This document shows positions 33,801 to 47,853 of a stretch of DNA of 64,000 nt, piece after piece (within the stretch, counting starts at the first letter, position 1; the number at the start of each line of letters is the position of its first letter). The translations under genes and the position numbers were made by a program. This stretch comes from Lytechinus pictus. Its lineage: Eukaryota. The notes below the pieces were generated by a model, which saw nothing but the letters and a program-made list of their open reading frames with translations, ran no database searches and was not told the origin of the DNA. The stretch spans positions 43,214,001 through 43,278,000 of the forward strand of contig NC_087245.1 in the NCBI RefSeq assembly GCF_037042905.1, written 5' to 3'.

Positions 33801-36800
33801 TAAGTCTGGGACTCACAAACTGACAGGAGTGTATTTCAAAATTGCTAGTGTACCACCTCAATACCGGTCAACTTTAGCAAACATATATTTGTTGATGCTG
33901 TTCAATTCAAGTGACGCAAAACTTTATGGATATCCTGTGATTTTGTCACAATTGCTGAAAGATCTGAAGGTGCTTGAGTCAGATGGTATAGCCATTCATA
34001 CCGACACTCTTGATGGAGTTGTAAAGGTTGGGATAGCACAAGTAGTAGGAGACAATCTAGGGATTCACTCATTGTTTGGTTTCAGCGAGGGCTTCACAGC
34101 AAACTTTCCATGCAGAACTTGCCGAATGCCACGTGCTGACATAAAGCATGCTTTACTTGAAAGAAAAGAAGTAATGCGGACACCTGAGAATTATCAACTG
34201 GACCTTAATAGGAATAGCTTACAAGAGACTGGTATAAAATCACCATGTATCTTGAATGAATTGACACACTTTCATACTCTAGACAACAGAGCACCAGACA
34301 TCATGCATGACATGCTAGAGGGAGTGTGCCCCTTGGAGGTGAAATTGGTGCTGCATGAACTTATCAGAAAACAAGCTTTTACATTAGAAACATTAAATGC
34401 CAGGATTACGAGTTTCAATTACGGCCTACCTGATGCAAGTAACAAACCCTGCCCCTTCACTAGCAATCAGCTTCGTTTTCCTGATGGTGCTGCAGGACAG
34501 CATGCAGCACAAATGTGGTGCCTTGTCCGTCATATTGGAGTTATGCTTGCACATCTTATTCAAGAAGATGATGAGCACTGGGAACTTATCGTAGCTTTGA
34601 AACAATGTATGGATATCATTTTTTCATCTAAGATAAGCAAGGGACATACCTTGTTCTTGGCACAATTAATTAGAGACCACCACATGCTCTTTTTGCAACT
34701 CTTTCCTGATCGTGATCTGAAGCCGAAACACCACTTCATGAGCCACTACCCTTCAGCAATGCAGCTGCTTGGACCTCTCATTATTTATTGGGTGATGCGT
34801 TTCGAAGGAAAGCACAACTTTTCTAAACGTTTGGCACACATTGTGTGCAATTTCAGAAATATTGCCAAAACTCTAGCCTACAGAAACCAAATGCAGCTTT
34901 GCTATAACGTATTAAGCAATCAGACAATGACACAGAAATCTGTTGAAACAGGTCCTGGTTTATCTGTGATGTTAGCATCATTGGAAGGTGCTGAAATTAT
35001 ATCTCAGACATGTAGCATACCTTTATATGATGATATATATGTTGCACAGTGGTGCAAGGTTTATGGTACTGAGTATCGTGAAAATATGATGGTGGCAGTT
35101 AGCAAAAATGACAATGGAGATGCCCAATTTGGAAATGTGAGAACAGTGCTTGCAGTTGGTACAACAGTTTTTCTTGTGTGCCATTTGTGGCATACATATG
35201 GATTTAAAAGACACTTCCATGCTTATGCGGTACAACCTAAAGAGCCAAAGGAAATAACTGTGGTTCAAGTTGAGAATTTGATTGACTCTAATCCCCTGCA
35301 TGCTACTAAATCCTATGATGACGATGATGACTTGTATTACATAAGCACAAGATGTATGTTGTAGGTGAGTAATTCAATCGCAAAAAAGATTGATTTATTT
35401 TGCTAAGTTACTAAAACAGGATTTTCAATCTACTGCAGGTCACAAACCATTAATTTTGAGCCAGAGCTCGATATACAATGCACATGTAGAGGGTGCACAG
35501 CACACATGCACAATGTAGATAACATTTTTTGTTTGCATGTAGAGTTTCTGACCTGCATACACATTGTGCATGTGAAGAAATCTGATTAATTCGTTACAAT
35601 TTCAACTCACAACTCACTTCCTTTATGACTGCTTGCTGTTCATAGCAATATAACTTGACACTTTGACGGACATGCAGGATCCAAATTTTTGGTCTAAAAA
35701 CTTGGATGTTAATACTGTATATAAGTTTTCAAGTTTTACATGTAATAGAAACTCTTAGTTTAAAAAAAAAAGTCGATGCTTTGACATAAAAACAAACAGA
35801 CCAAAAAAAAAAACAAAGGAGTACATAGACCTTCATGTTTGAGTAGCTCAATAGCTCAGGAACTCCTGAAAGAGCTTGTAAACCAGCTAGGGAGTTTTGT
35901 AAAGATTTAGTGATTCTACCTGATCTTAGTACAACTCTTGTATGAAACTATAAGTAGTATAGTGATTAAATGCTGATTGGAACTTTTGGAATTTTGAATA
36001 AATTATCTCTGGGAATCCATTGAGCACTCTGTTTTGGGAATTGTGAAAACAAATTTAATGATTTACTGTATTAATAACCATCTGTTCTGCACTTCACTAC
36101 TTGAGGGACCATCATTGATCTCTGAAGATTGCACGTTCTCTGAAGATATCCCAAGTACTAGCAACTCCTCACTGTCTATCCCAAGTGGTTCATCAACATC
36201 TATCATCAAACCACCAGAAGATATCCCAAGCACCAGCAACTCATCAACGTCTATCCGAAGCAGTTCATCATCAACATCTAAACCACCAGAAGATATCCCA
36301 AACACCAGCAACTCGTCAGTGTCTATCCCAAGCAGTTCATCAACATCTATCATCAAACCACCCGAGGCTAAAAAGATCAAGATGGCTCATGTAAGTTTTT
36401 AATCAACATTAAGGGAGGTCAGAGCCTTGCGACTTCTGTAAAATTGTTTTCATTGTAACTTGAAAACTGATAATGTATGCTGAATAAATGTAGACACTTT
36501 TTAAAAGGAAATTTCACAAGAAATCTAATTATAGCATCAGATTTTAGATTAAGAACTTGCTTTTCAGAAACTCACCAAAAACAGCAAGTTATTTATCCAA
36601 TTTTTTTAACAAGCCTAGAAAAAATACTTTTGGGTAAAAAATGGGTAAACATCATCTAAATCGATAGTTCTTGGGTATGTTTTTTTTTTTTTTTAAGTTA
36701 AATTCCTATTTTTCAAAATATTTGTCAGTAAAGGCAAAAATCATTTTTTTAAACCAAAAAAACCCATCATTTGTAAAGCAGTTATTTGACACATATTGGC

Positions 36801-39800
36801 TGTTTTTTAGAAAAATATGAAATTAATTTAAAAAAAAGGTATGAAAACAATCCCAGAAACTATCGATTTGGATGATGGTACCACATTTAACGATTGTTGG
36901 CGCAAAATGAAGAAAAAAAATGTACTAGCTAGGCTCCTTGTTTGTTCCTGTTCCTATAGTATCTCTCTCATATTCTAGATGTGAAGGCCCCGGCACATAC
37001 ATGGATCACTTAAAGCATCCACTTATGACCTTTCTTTGTAATCACTTCTGATCTGCAGGACATACGAGCCATCTTGTCCAAACGGAGAGAGGGGGAGGAG
37101 CTTATAAAGGAGATGGAGGAAGGGTGCATCAGCTACAATTCACGAAAATTGATAGTGAACACATTGGTCTCACACCTGATAGAGACATATACAAAGTGGT
37201 AAGCTAAAATCCTATGAGCAGAAAAAGGAAATGCTAGCGTATTTAGATGTGCTATACTATGTGGTAGTTTATTTGCTTATTTGCCTTACCAATTGACTCC
37301 AGTGATCAAATAGATGTCAAGGATTAAAAGTTTGACCACAGACACATACATACCATTTCAAAAGCAATCCCTTTCTCTTGTAGATGACACAAAAGTTAAT
37401 TATCAACTTAACTGGTGCATTGCATACCAGAAATAACCAGACACTTGGTATAAAAATTGTATACATGTAATCTTATCTAACAAATTTCACATAAATTTAT
37501 ATTTTCTTACATTTTCATGGCATAATTGAAACTTGTGTGTTGATATTTAAACACAGCTTTTGAATTGTTTATCACATTTACATAACAAATACATGCAATG
37601 AGCTGACATTACATGTGTATTATGCAGGTGCTTGGAAATAGTTTGGTGTGATACATACACCTTGCACTGTTTGTCTGCTTTATTAAAGGATGGGAGTTTG
37701 GAATTACTAAAATCAGAAAATGGGTGGATCAAAATTTTGCTATATAAAGGATATTCTCAAAGCAGATCACCAATGAAGCAGATTTTCATCAGACTACAAT
37801 TCAAAGCAGGGAATAATTTTGCTTCCCAGATTTGATTAGAAATTTTTGGAGATGGGAAAATATTTAAAACAAATTATGTACAATCCCATGGAAAAAAAAT
37901 TGTGACACAAAGTAAATTTTGTGTAGCAGCCCTGCAAAAAAGCAAAGCAAATTGCGATGCGATACTAGGTAATTTATTCCCTGCAAAGAATTGCATTTAA
38001 TCTCTAATATATATAGCCTTTTAAAACAATATTCTTAAACATTCAATTTTCATTTTTCTAAAGGCCTAAAACAGAGCAAAAATTGGCAATGGCAAAATGC
38101 ATTGTTACCCAGTTTCCTGCGTTGGACAATGATGATCATGATGCTTACGTAAGTTTTGAGTTCATTATGTTAGTTCATGGCTAGATAAATTGTGTGTAAC
38201 ATTGTTACTTGTTAAAGATAGGATCACCCATTTACAAGCCATGTTCATCATTGACTTTAGGCTCATGATGACCAAGATAACCATTGTTTATACTTAATAT
38301 CAGCTAATGCTAAATGGCCCCCTGAACACGTTATCTGCAGCAGGTTATTATTTACTCAACCAGACAAAAGTGGATGAAACTTGATACAACTGAAAGTCTA
38401 AATGCTTAAATCATTGAAAGGTTATTGTCTCAGATTGGGCAAGCCTTTATTAAGGTAAATCTGATTGACCGTACAGTTACCCCAAAGGGTAATACAAATT
38501 CTTATGAACAGTGATCTCTACTTCTAAAATTCAATAGTTTTGTTTTACTTTTTTTACTCTTTTACTTTAAAGTTGACCTGGTTCACTCCAGCAAGCCAAA
38601 ACAAAACAAAAGATTCGTCAGGTTACATTGAAATGCGGCTAAGGAACGTCAGATATCGTGATCCTGCCAGAACGCCAAAAGAAAGCAACAAGAAAGTGCA
38701 AGCAAACTTGCCTAATACAGAAGACCTGGATCTGTCGTCAGGTAAGGAAGAAATATAACAACTGAACATTACATAACCTTAGTTAATTGGTCATGGAGAT
38801 CTAATAGGGGTATTTGTGTCTGCCAGGGAAGCATACACAGAATTAGTCTCAAATAATACCCATGCATGTGTATAGTGTCTTTTAAAAAGTGGGTTTAAGC
38901 AATCATGCTGACACATTCAAGCGACATCTGAATATACAAATTAGTTGCGCTGTAACGAAAATGAGGCAATTTTTCGTATCGATCTGAATGATATTTTGGA
39001 GATCTGCGCCACAAGTTCCTTCCTTTTTTTCTGTACCCTTTTTGTTTGTACAAAATAGTGAAATCAGTCAAGAAATATTCAGGGAAGTGGTTAATTCTTG
39101 ACATCTTAACAAATAAACTCCTAGTGCTTTAAGGCTTCACATGCTTCATCTATTCAGCACCATGCACATTACAGTGTATGAGCCTGGGGGTTGAGCGTGC
39201 ATCATGCAGGCTGCGACGATTTTTTCTTCACTTGATTGCCTGGTCAGGCAAGCTTGGCCTTAAAACTGCTTGACCTTGCTAACAAGCCGCATAACAAAAC
39301 GGTCTGTGCAAAGTTAAAAGTCAGAATATGTTTATGGTTTGTAACTATTTAAGACATGTATAATTTTTGGATGTGTGTAACTTAAGTGATAACATTGATG
39401 CAAGCTAACTTACGATTTGATATTAATCATTGTTGCCCAAACCAAAAAATGATTGCCCAGGGCAATCAGGCAACCAATTGTCACAGCCTGCCCACATGTT
39501 TTATTTCTTGTGTTAATTTTTTACTGTCATCAGGTGAAATGGAACATTTGCTTGTGACTGTCATGACTTATAAATAAACTAAAAAGGCATAATGCATTAA
39601 CTCCCTGAATTTATTTGCATATTTAGATAGAGATGAGGAAGTAGATGCAAAAATAAAGTGGCTTCAGGACCACAAAGAGCCAAGGCAACAAGTTCGATCA
39701 TGGATGAGGGATACCTGTAAGGCGAGGGCAGGCTACATTAGAGACAATAAGGACAAACCTGTGCAAGAGCTTTTACTGTTGTTTCCACGTTTAATTGACA

Positions 39801-42800
39801 CAGAAGGAATGGTAAGTTTTCAATGGTACTGACTAGTAAAGTCTTCCTGCTTTTGCAGTAATTCCTGCTTTTTTAATTTATGATTTCCAGCTTGATCTTG
39901 CACTTTTATCTAATTTCAGCCCGTTTTGAAGGCTTTTAAAAGCCCAGATTCATTCACATTTTCAGGTTTTTCCTTCAGGCCAGCTTGCATTTCTAAGACG
40001 ATGGCACAGTTCTGTAATGTGATGTGAAAAAAATAGGGGTGTCTACATAGGGTGGCAAAATATCACAGCTCTCACAGTTCACAACTTATACACTTTTTAG
40101 CTCCCTGCGTTCAAATTTTTTGCAGAGCCATTTTTTGACCAGTCAGCTTAGTAAATTATTCAATTTTATGTATATGTAATTCTTGTAGTTTCCACTTTAA
40201 TAGAGCAAATAGAATGTACAAAACAGGTTTTCTTTATACTAATGACAAAACATAAAACTATTCGATTTTAACTTTGTCTTTATACAGGTTGACCAGGATT
40301 TCCGAATTCTTTTCCCACAATCAGCAGATAAGTTATTCCTCACATGGCCGAAATTTTGCAGACATGTCCTGAACTATGCTGAAAAGCAGGTGGATTGGAG
40401 GCTATACCTTAACTTCAAAGGTGCTGTTGAAACAGGTAAAATGGTGCTTATGTCTAACAGCTTCACTCTTCTTTCAAACCTACAGTCAGGCCATGCCATG
40501 CCCGTCACTTTGACAGGTAACTTCCCTTTTTGACGGGCAAGTAATGAACATTTTATACAAATTCAGCCCATTTTGGACAGGCACTCTTTCAAAAATGAGG
40601 GGCAACTCCAAAATTCTAACTAAGGCCCTGCCTACAGTAGTGAATATGCAATTTGAAATCCATTCTACATGTATGTATTATAATAGCTTGGTGAAAACCT
40701 GATAATCCAGACTATGATTGTCCCATTTCAGTAAGTGGGATTAATGTTAATGTTAATTAATTAGAGCGATGTGAACTATATCAACATTTTTTACAATTTG
40801 CAGTAATAGTAATAAACTACAAATATGTCTGGAAAAGTATTTGTTTCTTTTAAATATGAATATTATTATTAATTCATTTACTTTGTCGTACGAAAACTTG
40901 CTTCCTTCATCATATCATTGCTGAGATGATAAAAGCCTTATATCTCAACAAAAAAGTGAAATGTTCAGGAGAGCATAAATACATTAATTGCTTTCAATAC
41001 AAGATTACAGATCATGTTCATGTAAGTTGCAAGGTTCAGTAAGTTCATTGTACATGTAGGACATAATATTTGCAAATTGAAATGCAAAAGTTTGTCAGAA
41101 CAAAATCTGAATTAATTAGCAACAACAAAATCTTTTTTAAAGTCATTTTCATCAAAATTTGACATGCAGATCGATTTTTATCATCTCTACGCCAATATTG
41201 GGATCTTAAATTTATGCTACTGACATGTACAGTGATTTTAGTATTGAAGGATGAAAATTTTTGTAAAAAAATTGCTATTTCAAGATAACTCTAATTTGAC
41301 CTCTGCCAACATCATTCTCACCCACCTAAGACTATAATATAACCAATGATATTATAGTCTCATTCACTGGTGTTGAGTCGTATTTGATAACCACCTCTTT
41401 ATCTCCAATTTGAAATTGTGTGATATGAATGGAGGACAAAGCCCGTGTTTGATGCTGGGAAGGGGGTCTTAGTAAAAGGGTGGGTACGGGGATGTGTGGC
41501 CCGAATAGGGTCCTTTTTGGCCTCTCTTGTTTACCTATGGCCCCTTTTTTTAAAAATTGGTGTACATATTAATTTTTGAGGAATTTTTCTTTGGTTTACC
41601 GATATATTGTCAAAAAGTACTTATTTGCATTCCAATTTACTTGGTATTAAAAAACACTGATTAGTTTTAAAAAGGCCCCTTCCAAAAGCAACAAAAGTAA
41701 ATGGTTAACACATGGGTTGCAAATTTGCATCTTCTTAGGTTTACTCATCAAAGGGTGGTTGTTGGAAATTTTGGGTGTTCGGGCTGCACATCTGTACTTA
41801 ACTTTAATCTCAGGTTAGATGTGATAAAATGAGCACAAATTAATCTTAGTCTGTCCTGGAGTTTACTTCTCTGCAGGTGTTTTTGCCGTTGCTATCATGT
41901 CACGTTTGCGGCGTCTGTACGCGCTTTCATATGCACTTGTTTGATTCACAACACGCTCCCATAACTGGTTGATGAGCAATTTACTCTTGCTATGCTGCGG
42001 CATAAATTGTTCTTGTACAGATGTGACTTTGATGTGAGTTTGAGAGAAAATAAACATTTGGAAGAACTATAATTTAGAAACTTACAAATGTAGTTGTATC
42101 TTGTCTCCTATGTTTCAGATGAACAGGAGGTAAACTTATCTCTGCAGGTGTTGCCTATGCTGTTTCCACCGGGAAAGAAGAAAGGGGCAAAAGGGAGAAG
42201 TGGTTCTTCAACGATGGATGAAGCCCGCAAGGCATTCGTGCAGCGCAAAGAGGTGAGGAACAAATTTTATTTTTACTATTTGGCACACACTGTTTCAGAC
42301 AGATCAAGCAGAAATTAAACAAATACCCAGAGCCTGCTATTAAAAGGACAGGACTGAGATTATTTTAGTGATATTACATAAAACACACAGTGGCTCATTG
42401 CAAAGGGTTGTAGCACCTGGGCAAAAAGTAGAAATTGCTCTCCTACAGTATATCTGGGGCACTCCTATGACTCCATGAAAGCCTAGACAAAAATATGACA
42501 TTTTGTGAAAGAAACTGCAGTAAACTCCTTTCTGGATGGAATTTTTTATAGTAAAATTTAAATAATTTGACAAGCCCGCTATAGTGCTCTATAAGTTTGA
42601 GTCAGTTAAATCAGCTATATGACACAAAAACTAAGCAATTGTGGCAGCAAGGGTATTTACACGTCTGAGACGCATAGTGTGTGTGTGTGGGTGAATTTTC
42701 GTCTTTTTTAACCCCCAAAATTTGACATTTGAAAACGTGGATCCGTCAGAAAAATCTGCAAACAGACGTGTTTATTTTGAATCTTCACAGAAAAAATAAT

Positions 42801-44069
42801 CAGTTTTAAGGCTGGTGTCAACCTGTCAATGTTTGAAAAGGTTTTGCTCTGTAAATCAGCCTTAATTATTATTCCTAGTAAATGAGTGCGTTTGTAATCC
42901 TAATAGGAATATGAAGCTATCCATTATGAGACAATATATGACAGTGCATTTAGCGGTCAACACAGTGAAGCTACACATTATAACTAAACGCGAACTGCTC
43001 TACTTGGTTTGGAATATTGTATGTTTGAATAGGGGTGTACATTTTTCAATAAAACTGTTGTTTTTTTTTGGGGGGGGGTGTTGACATCATCTTTGGTTTG
43101 AAAATTACTAAAATTTGTGACTGAGAATGAGAATAAAAGATAGAATTAATTGTTTTGCCTGTCATATATCGTCTCATAACGCAGGCGCGGATCCAGGATT
43201 TCTGGGGGGGGGGGGGTTCAAACTGGGAAAATTTTCTGACAATAATTTGAAACCTGACAAGCAAAAAAAAAAGAAAGAAAAAGCTTATCACTCCTTTTTG
43301 AAATCTGACAAGCAAAAAAAAAAGTCTTTATTACTCCTTTTTGAAATCTTACAAGAAAAAAAAAAAGGTTATCACTCCCTTTTTTCCCCCGCTCGCCCCC
43401 CCCCCCCCGTATCCGCGCCTGTCATAATGGATGGACGTACATTACAAATGATAGTACTGTTCCGTAGTGATTACTAAAAAACCTGAGAAATTAATTTTTA
43501 AAAAAATTTCTTTGAAAACTGTTCTGGAGGAAAATATGTTTCAGTGAGAATTGAGTTCAACGAATATTGGCATGTATAGCTGCTGGCTGTATTTCCCTGC
43601 ATTTATCAGAACTTAGTCACAACCCTCACTACATTTGCCTGTTTTACTAAGATTGAAATGATGCACTAAATATTCCCTCCTTCATTTGTGGATGGTTCTG
43701 CTATCTCACTTGTCACCAATTTTATTTGTATTTCATATGCAGATTGGTACAAACATACCAGGCTTCTTGGACCAGAAGACTCAAACACAACCGTTTGTGT
43801 TAATTCAAGGTGAAATTGACAAACCAGAACAAGTGTTTGTTGTTGTGGAAAATAGCACCATCCCATGTACAAGTCTCCTGAAAGGAATTGATATATGCAT
43901 GAAACTAGTGTATATCCTTGATATGGATTATGCTTGGCAATGTCAACATGTTTGGGACTTTCTGCAGAAGAATGTTTACAAACTTGGGCAGGTGAAAGGT
44001 AGAGGTACCTCAGTTCCAGCAGTAACACTTCTCAAAACCTATCTAGAAAACAAGGTAAAAGAAGTTTAG
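30880..44069 (+). CDS. Spliced accessory gene of D: SAM domain, Ser-rich linker and SAMD3-like body, 551 aa, 10 coding exons, intact
   Basis: Exons 30880-30946, 32678-32793, 36106-36390, 37059-37198, 38064-38148, 38573-38741, 39627-39811, 40288-40435, 42119-42252 and 43743-44069. All GT-AG, phases 1,0,0,2,0,1,0,1,0, total 1656 nt with no internal stop. Confidence 0.88.
32849..35364 (+). CDS. EnSpm/CACTA transposase of D (838 aa when restored), one frameshift at about 33701; lies in intron 2 of the accessory gene
   Basis: ORF 32849-33757 joins the frame of 33829-35364 through LILYVDDFEVTNPLSPKSGTHKL. Motifs GDNLG, CRTC, APDIMHDMLEGV, PKHHFMSHY and WVMRFEGKH. Adding one G before the T9 run restores the conserved DG. 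Confidence 0.92.
43182..43421. mobile_element. hAT-like MITE
   Basis: TIR CAGGCGCGGAT / ATCCGCGCCTG, with 8-bp flanks TCATAACG / TCATAATG. Confidence 0.7.
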
Positions 44070-46217
44070 GGAGGCATATGTTTGTACAACACATTTAGGT
44101 GAATTGGTGTATTTAAGCCTAATGGATGTACCTATAGTGTTCTGATTTTTGTAGCTTTAAGAAGTGGTAATCTTTGATAGGTAAATAACTTGCATCATTT
44201 GTGAAGACAAATCCATGCACTCACAGTTAGTGATTTGTTGATACTTTCTTAACCAGACAGCAATTACAACCAACATCAAAGTAGGAGTGCATTGATTTGT
44301 CTAATTTTAATTTCAGTGCCATAATGTTTGGGATTTCTTAATTGCAAACGAATGTATACACACTGTGGCAGGGGAAAGGCAGAGGTACCTCAATGCCAGC
44401 AGTAACGCGTCTTGTAGAAAACAAAGTAGAAGAATGATATGAAAGTAGGCTTTTTCTTTTGAGAAATGAATGTTGTGCTACAAACACTACTTCTCAATAT
44501 ATTCAGGTATGCTGTAGGTGTGCATTTTGTATCTAACTGTGTATAATTTTACCAAATTTAGGTGTGCTGAAAATCGCACACCTCAAGACTATTTTAGGTG
44601 TGCTATCGAACTTGTACGCCTCAAATGAAAAAGCCTGATGAAAGTTTAAACTTCAACAAGTACTACATAAGTACTACGCTCACCTGGAACATTTTCACTA
44701 GTCCAACATATTAGCGCAGTGATACCTGTCTAAAAACGGCAACCTCATCTGGTATAACATCATAAAAGATTACATCATGAAAACATTACAATGTTGCTCC
44801 ACCTGGCCCCTTGGGTAAAAGAAAATTGAAAAGATGTACATATTGTTTTTTGTATGATGTCATACCAGTTGTAGACAGGTATCACAGCACCTCTGTCTGC
44901 AGAAGATTAGCGTAAAACTTATTAACTAGTGTTGAAGTTCAAACTTCGTATTATGTTAAATATCACTACGTATGAATATCTACTCGGATATAAGATTATA
45001 AAAAGTGTAGGAAGGCATATCTTTTCGCAGCACATTTATGTGATTTATCTTTTAAAAACTGATGCTTGTCAGTGCCAACATGTTTGGGATTTTTTACTGG
45101 GCAGGGAAAAGACAGCGGTACCTCAGTGCCAGCAATAACAGCCTATATATAGAAACAAGGTAAAGAGGTTAAAGTGCGTAGCCTACTGGGTTGTATATAT
45201 GTGTTAGGGTTTTTGTAGCTTTAGAAGTATTTATCATAAATAGGTAAATAACATGAAATAACAGAGAGAAATGTGGAGGCAAGCACATTGTGCAAATGCC
45301 AACATTTAAAGAAAGAATGCAACCAAAAGTAACAAGTTTTGTTTACCAGCATAAGTAGACAAAACTTGTTTTCATTTGAAAATTGGGCTGGAAGTATTAA
45401 AGAAGCGAGTATTGGACCATTCTCATAACTGGCAAGTTCAAAAGAAATTTTTGTTTTCTAAAAATCTCACAATATTGCTTGAAATTGTTGTACAGATGTA
45501 TAGATACAGATTTTTTTTTTTCAGATTGGTCAAGTTCAGTGAGTTAAGGGTGAAAATCAATCACAAATGTCAACAATTTTCTTGTGCAATAATGTTCTTG
45601 CACCCAAACCCCTACTTGTGAAGTCAAGTGGGTAAGTCATTCAAGTTGTATTTTTAAGGAGGTAGGGCAACCAAAACAAAAATTTAGCATGTTTTATGCG
45701 CTGTCTCAAAATATCACCTCTTTTTTTTTAGAAAAATGAGATATGCATCTTAAAGCAAATTATCTGAAAACCTAAAAATGACATTGATATTCATATTCAG
45801 ACCAAATCAGTGATTTTTTTTGAAAAACTCACATGATGTAAATCATGATTTAAATCGACATGATTTAAATCAAACAACCCTGGATGGGTTCTTCATGAGA
45901 AGTAGATTACAAATTTCTCAGGATGGCAATTGAAAGTTTGTATTGCTCACACCAAAGAGAAACCATAAATTCTAAATTTAAAGACACTTTTAAAAATGCA
46001 GCTGTTGAATGCCAGTAAATCAGGACTCAAACCAGAGAAACCGTTCGATTTTGTCGCCGCCTCAGAAAAAATATCTCAAACTTTTAACATTTTAACATTT
46101 AAAAAATGTTAAAATTTTAACATTAAAATTTATCATTTTAACATTTAAAAAATGCAAAATCTGGTTTTAGCTAATCTCAAGCATGTAACTTTATACAACC
46201 TATTCCTTTGTCCTTAA

Positions 46218-46812
46218 AGGGCAAGTCCACCACAACAAAAAGATGATTTGAATAAAAAGAGAAATATCAAACCAGCATAACGCTGAAAATTTCATCAACA
46301 TTGGATTTAAAATAAGAAAGTTATGACATTTTAAAGTTTCGCATAATTTCACAAAACAGTTATATGCACATCCTGGTCAGTATGCAAATGAGGGAACTGA
46401 TGTGGTCATCCACTCGCTATTTCTTTTGTATTTTTATTATATGAAATATGAAATATCGTAATTTTTTTCTATATTACAAGTTTTAAAAGGGCTTGACTCC
46501 TTCCTACATGTGGGGAATCCACTTCTGCAACATACTGCAATTAAACAAAGAGCTCCCTTATTGACAAAACTACAAAATTTGAAAATATTCTATATTTCAT
46601 ATAATAAAATACAAAAGAAATAGTGAGTGGGTGACGTCATCGGTCCATGCTGACCAGGATGTGCATATAACTGTTTTGTGAAATTAAGCAAACTTTAAAA
46701 TTTCATAACTTTCTTATTTCAAATCTGATTTTGATGAAATTTTCAGCGTTATGCTTGTTTAATTTTTTTTCTTTTGATTCAAATGAACTTTTTGTTGGGG
46801 TCGACTTGCCCT
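46218..46812. mobile_element. Kolobok-like palindromic MITE
   Basis: TTAA|AGGGCAAGTCCACCACAACAAAAAG...CTTTTTGTTGGGGTCGACTTGCCCT|TTAA, with long inverted arms. Confidence 0.8.
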
Positions 46813-47853
46813 TTAAAAGGAGATGTTAACCTAGAGCTGTGAATGCTTTGTATACCAGATGTAGCTCGAGAATTGCAAACCCTATTTTTGTGGAAACAAT
46901 TCTTACTATGAGAAAGCTTTACAATGGCTTAAAGGCATTGGTCAACATGGTGTTCAATTTTAAAAATCTGAGCTGCATGTTCTTACATGTATGCTATCAG
47001 GATGTCTATTGGAATATAGAAATGAACCTGAGGGGGGGATGCTTGAAGTTTTATCATTTACAGAAAAAACTTTTTAAAATTGGATAACTTCAACTTATCA
47101 TCCCATGACTACTGTGCAGGAATTATTGTCTTACACTACATAATAAACATAATGTTCATAGATCATGTCTTGATAGTGAATATGTGACTTTCTTTTGTTT
47201 TTACTTATGTAATATACCTTTCTATAATTTGTTATGTTTTTTATATTGTTAATGTTACCAATTCCTGAATTTGGTGTTGCAATAAAATGTGTTATATGTG
47301 AAAGCTAACACTGATGATTCTCCTGTTTTCTTTATGTGTGTATGACAATGATTCTATTCATTTTGAACAGGATTCTATTCATTCTTGAATAGAAAGACTA
47401 CTCATTCTTGAATAGGAATACTATTTAACTTTGAATAGGGTATATTCCAATTTAACAAGAGGATGAAACTGATTCTATTCATTTTTAATAGGATTCTATT
47501 CATTCTTGAATAGGAAAACTATTTAACTTTGAATAGAATACATATTCATTTATTTGAATAGATTTTCCTCTTCATTTTGAAGAGAACCTTGTAAGTGTCC
47601 CTCGGAAGAGGTTTTCTATTCAAATCTGAATAGATTCTATTAAAAAATGAAGAGGTTTTTTTTAGAGTGTAGATCTAAATGTAAAAGATCTAAAACTTAA
47701 AGCTAATGTAAGTACAGGAACCATAGCCTTTACACAGAATGTGGAAATTGATTATCTGCTAATTAATGCAAATATATTAAAATCACCAAACAATGCTTTT
47801 TTTTAAATGTAGGTCTAAGTCCAACTTGACTCTAAATCTGGTAGAGCTAAGTA

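Larger units (their letters stand above)
24614..47669 (+). mobile_element. EnSpm/CACTA DNA transposon D (complete, about 23 kb), nested in intron 1 of C
   Basis: 5' CACTCTTAAAATAACCTCTTCA and 3' TGAAGAGGTTTTTTTTAGAGTG, with TA at 24612-24613 and 47670-47671. GAATAG/CTATTC subterminal repeats at 24614-24940 and 47350-47669. Confidence 0.92.
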
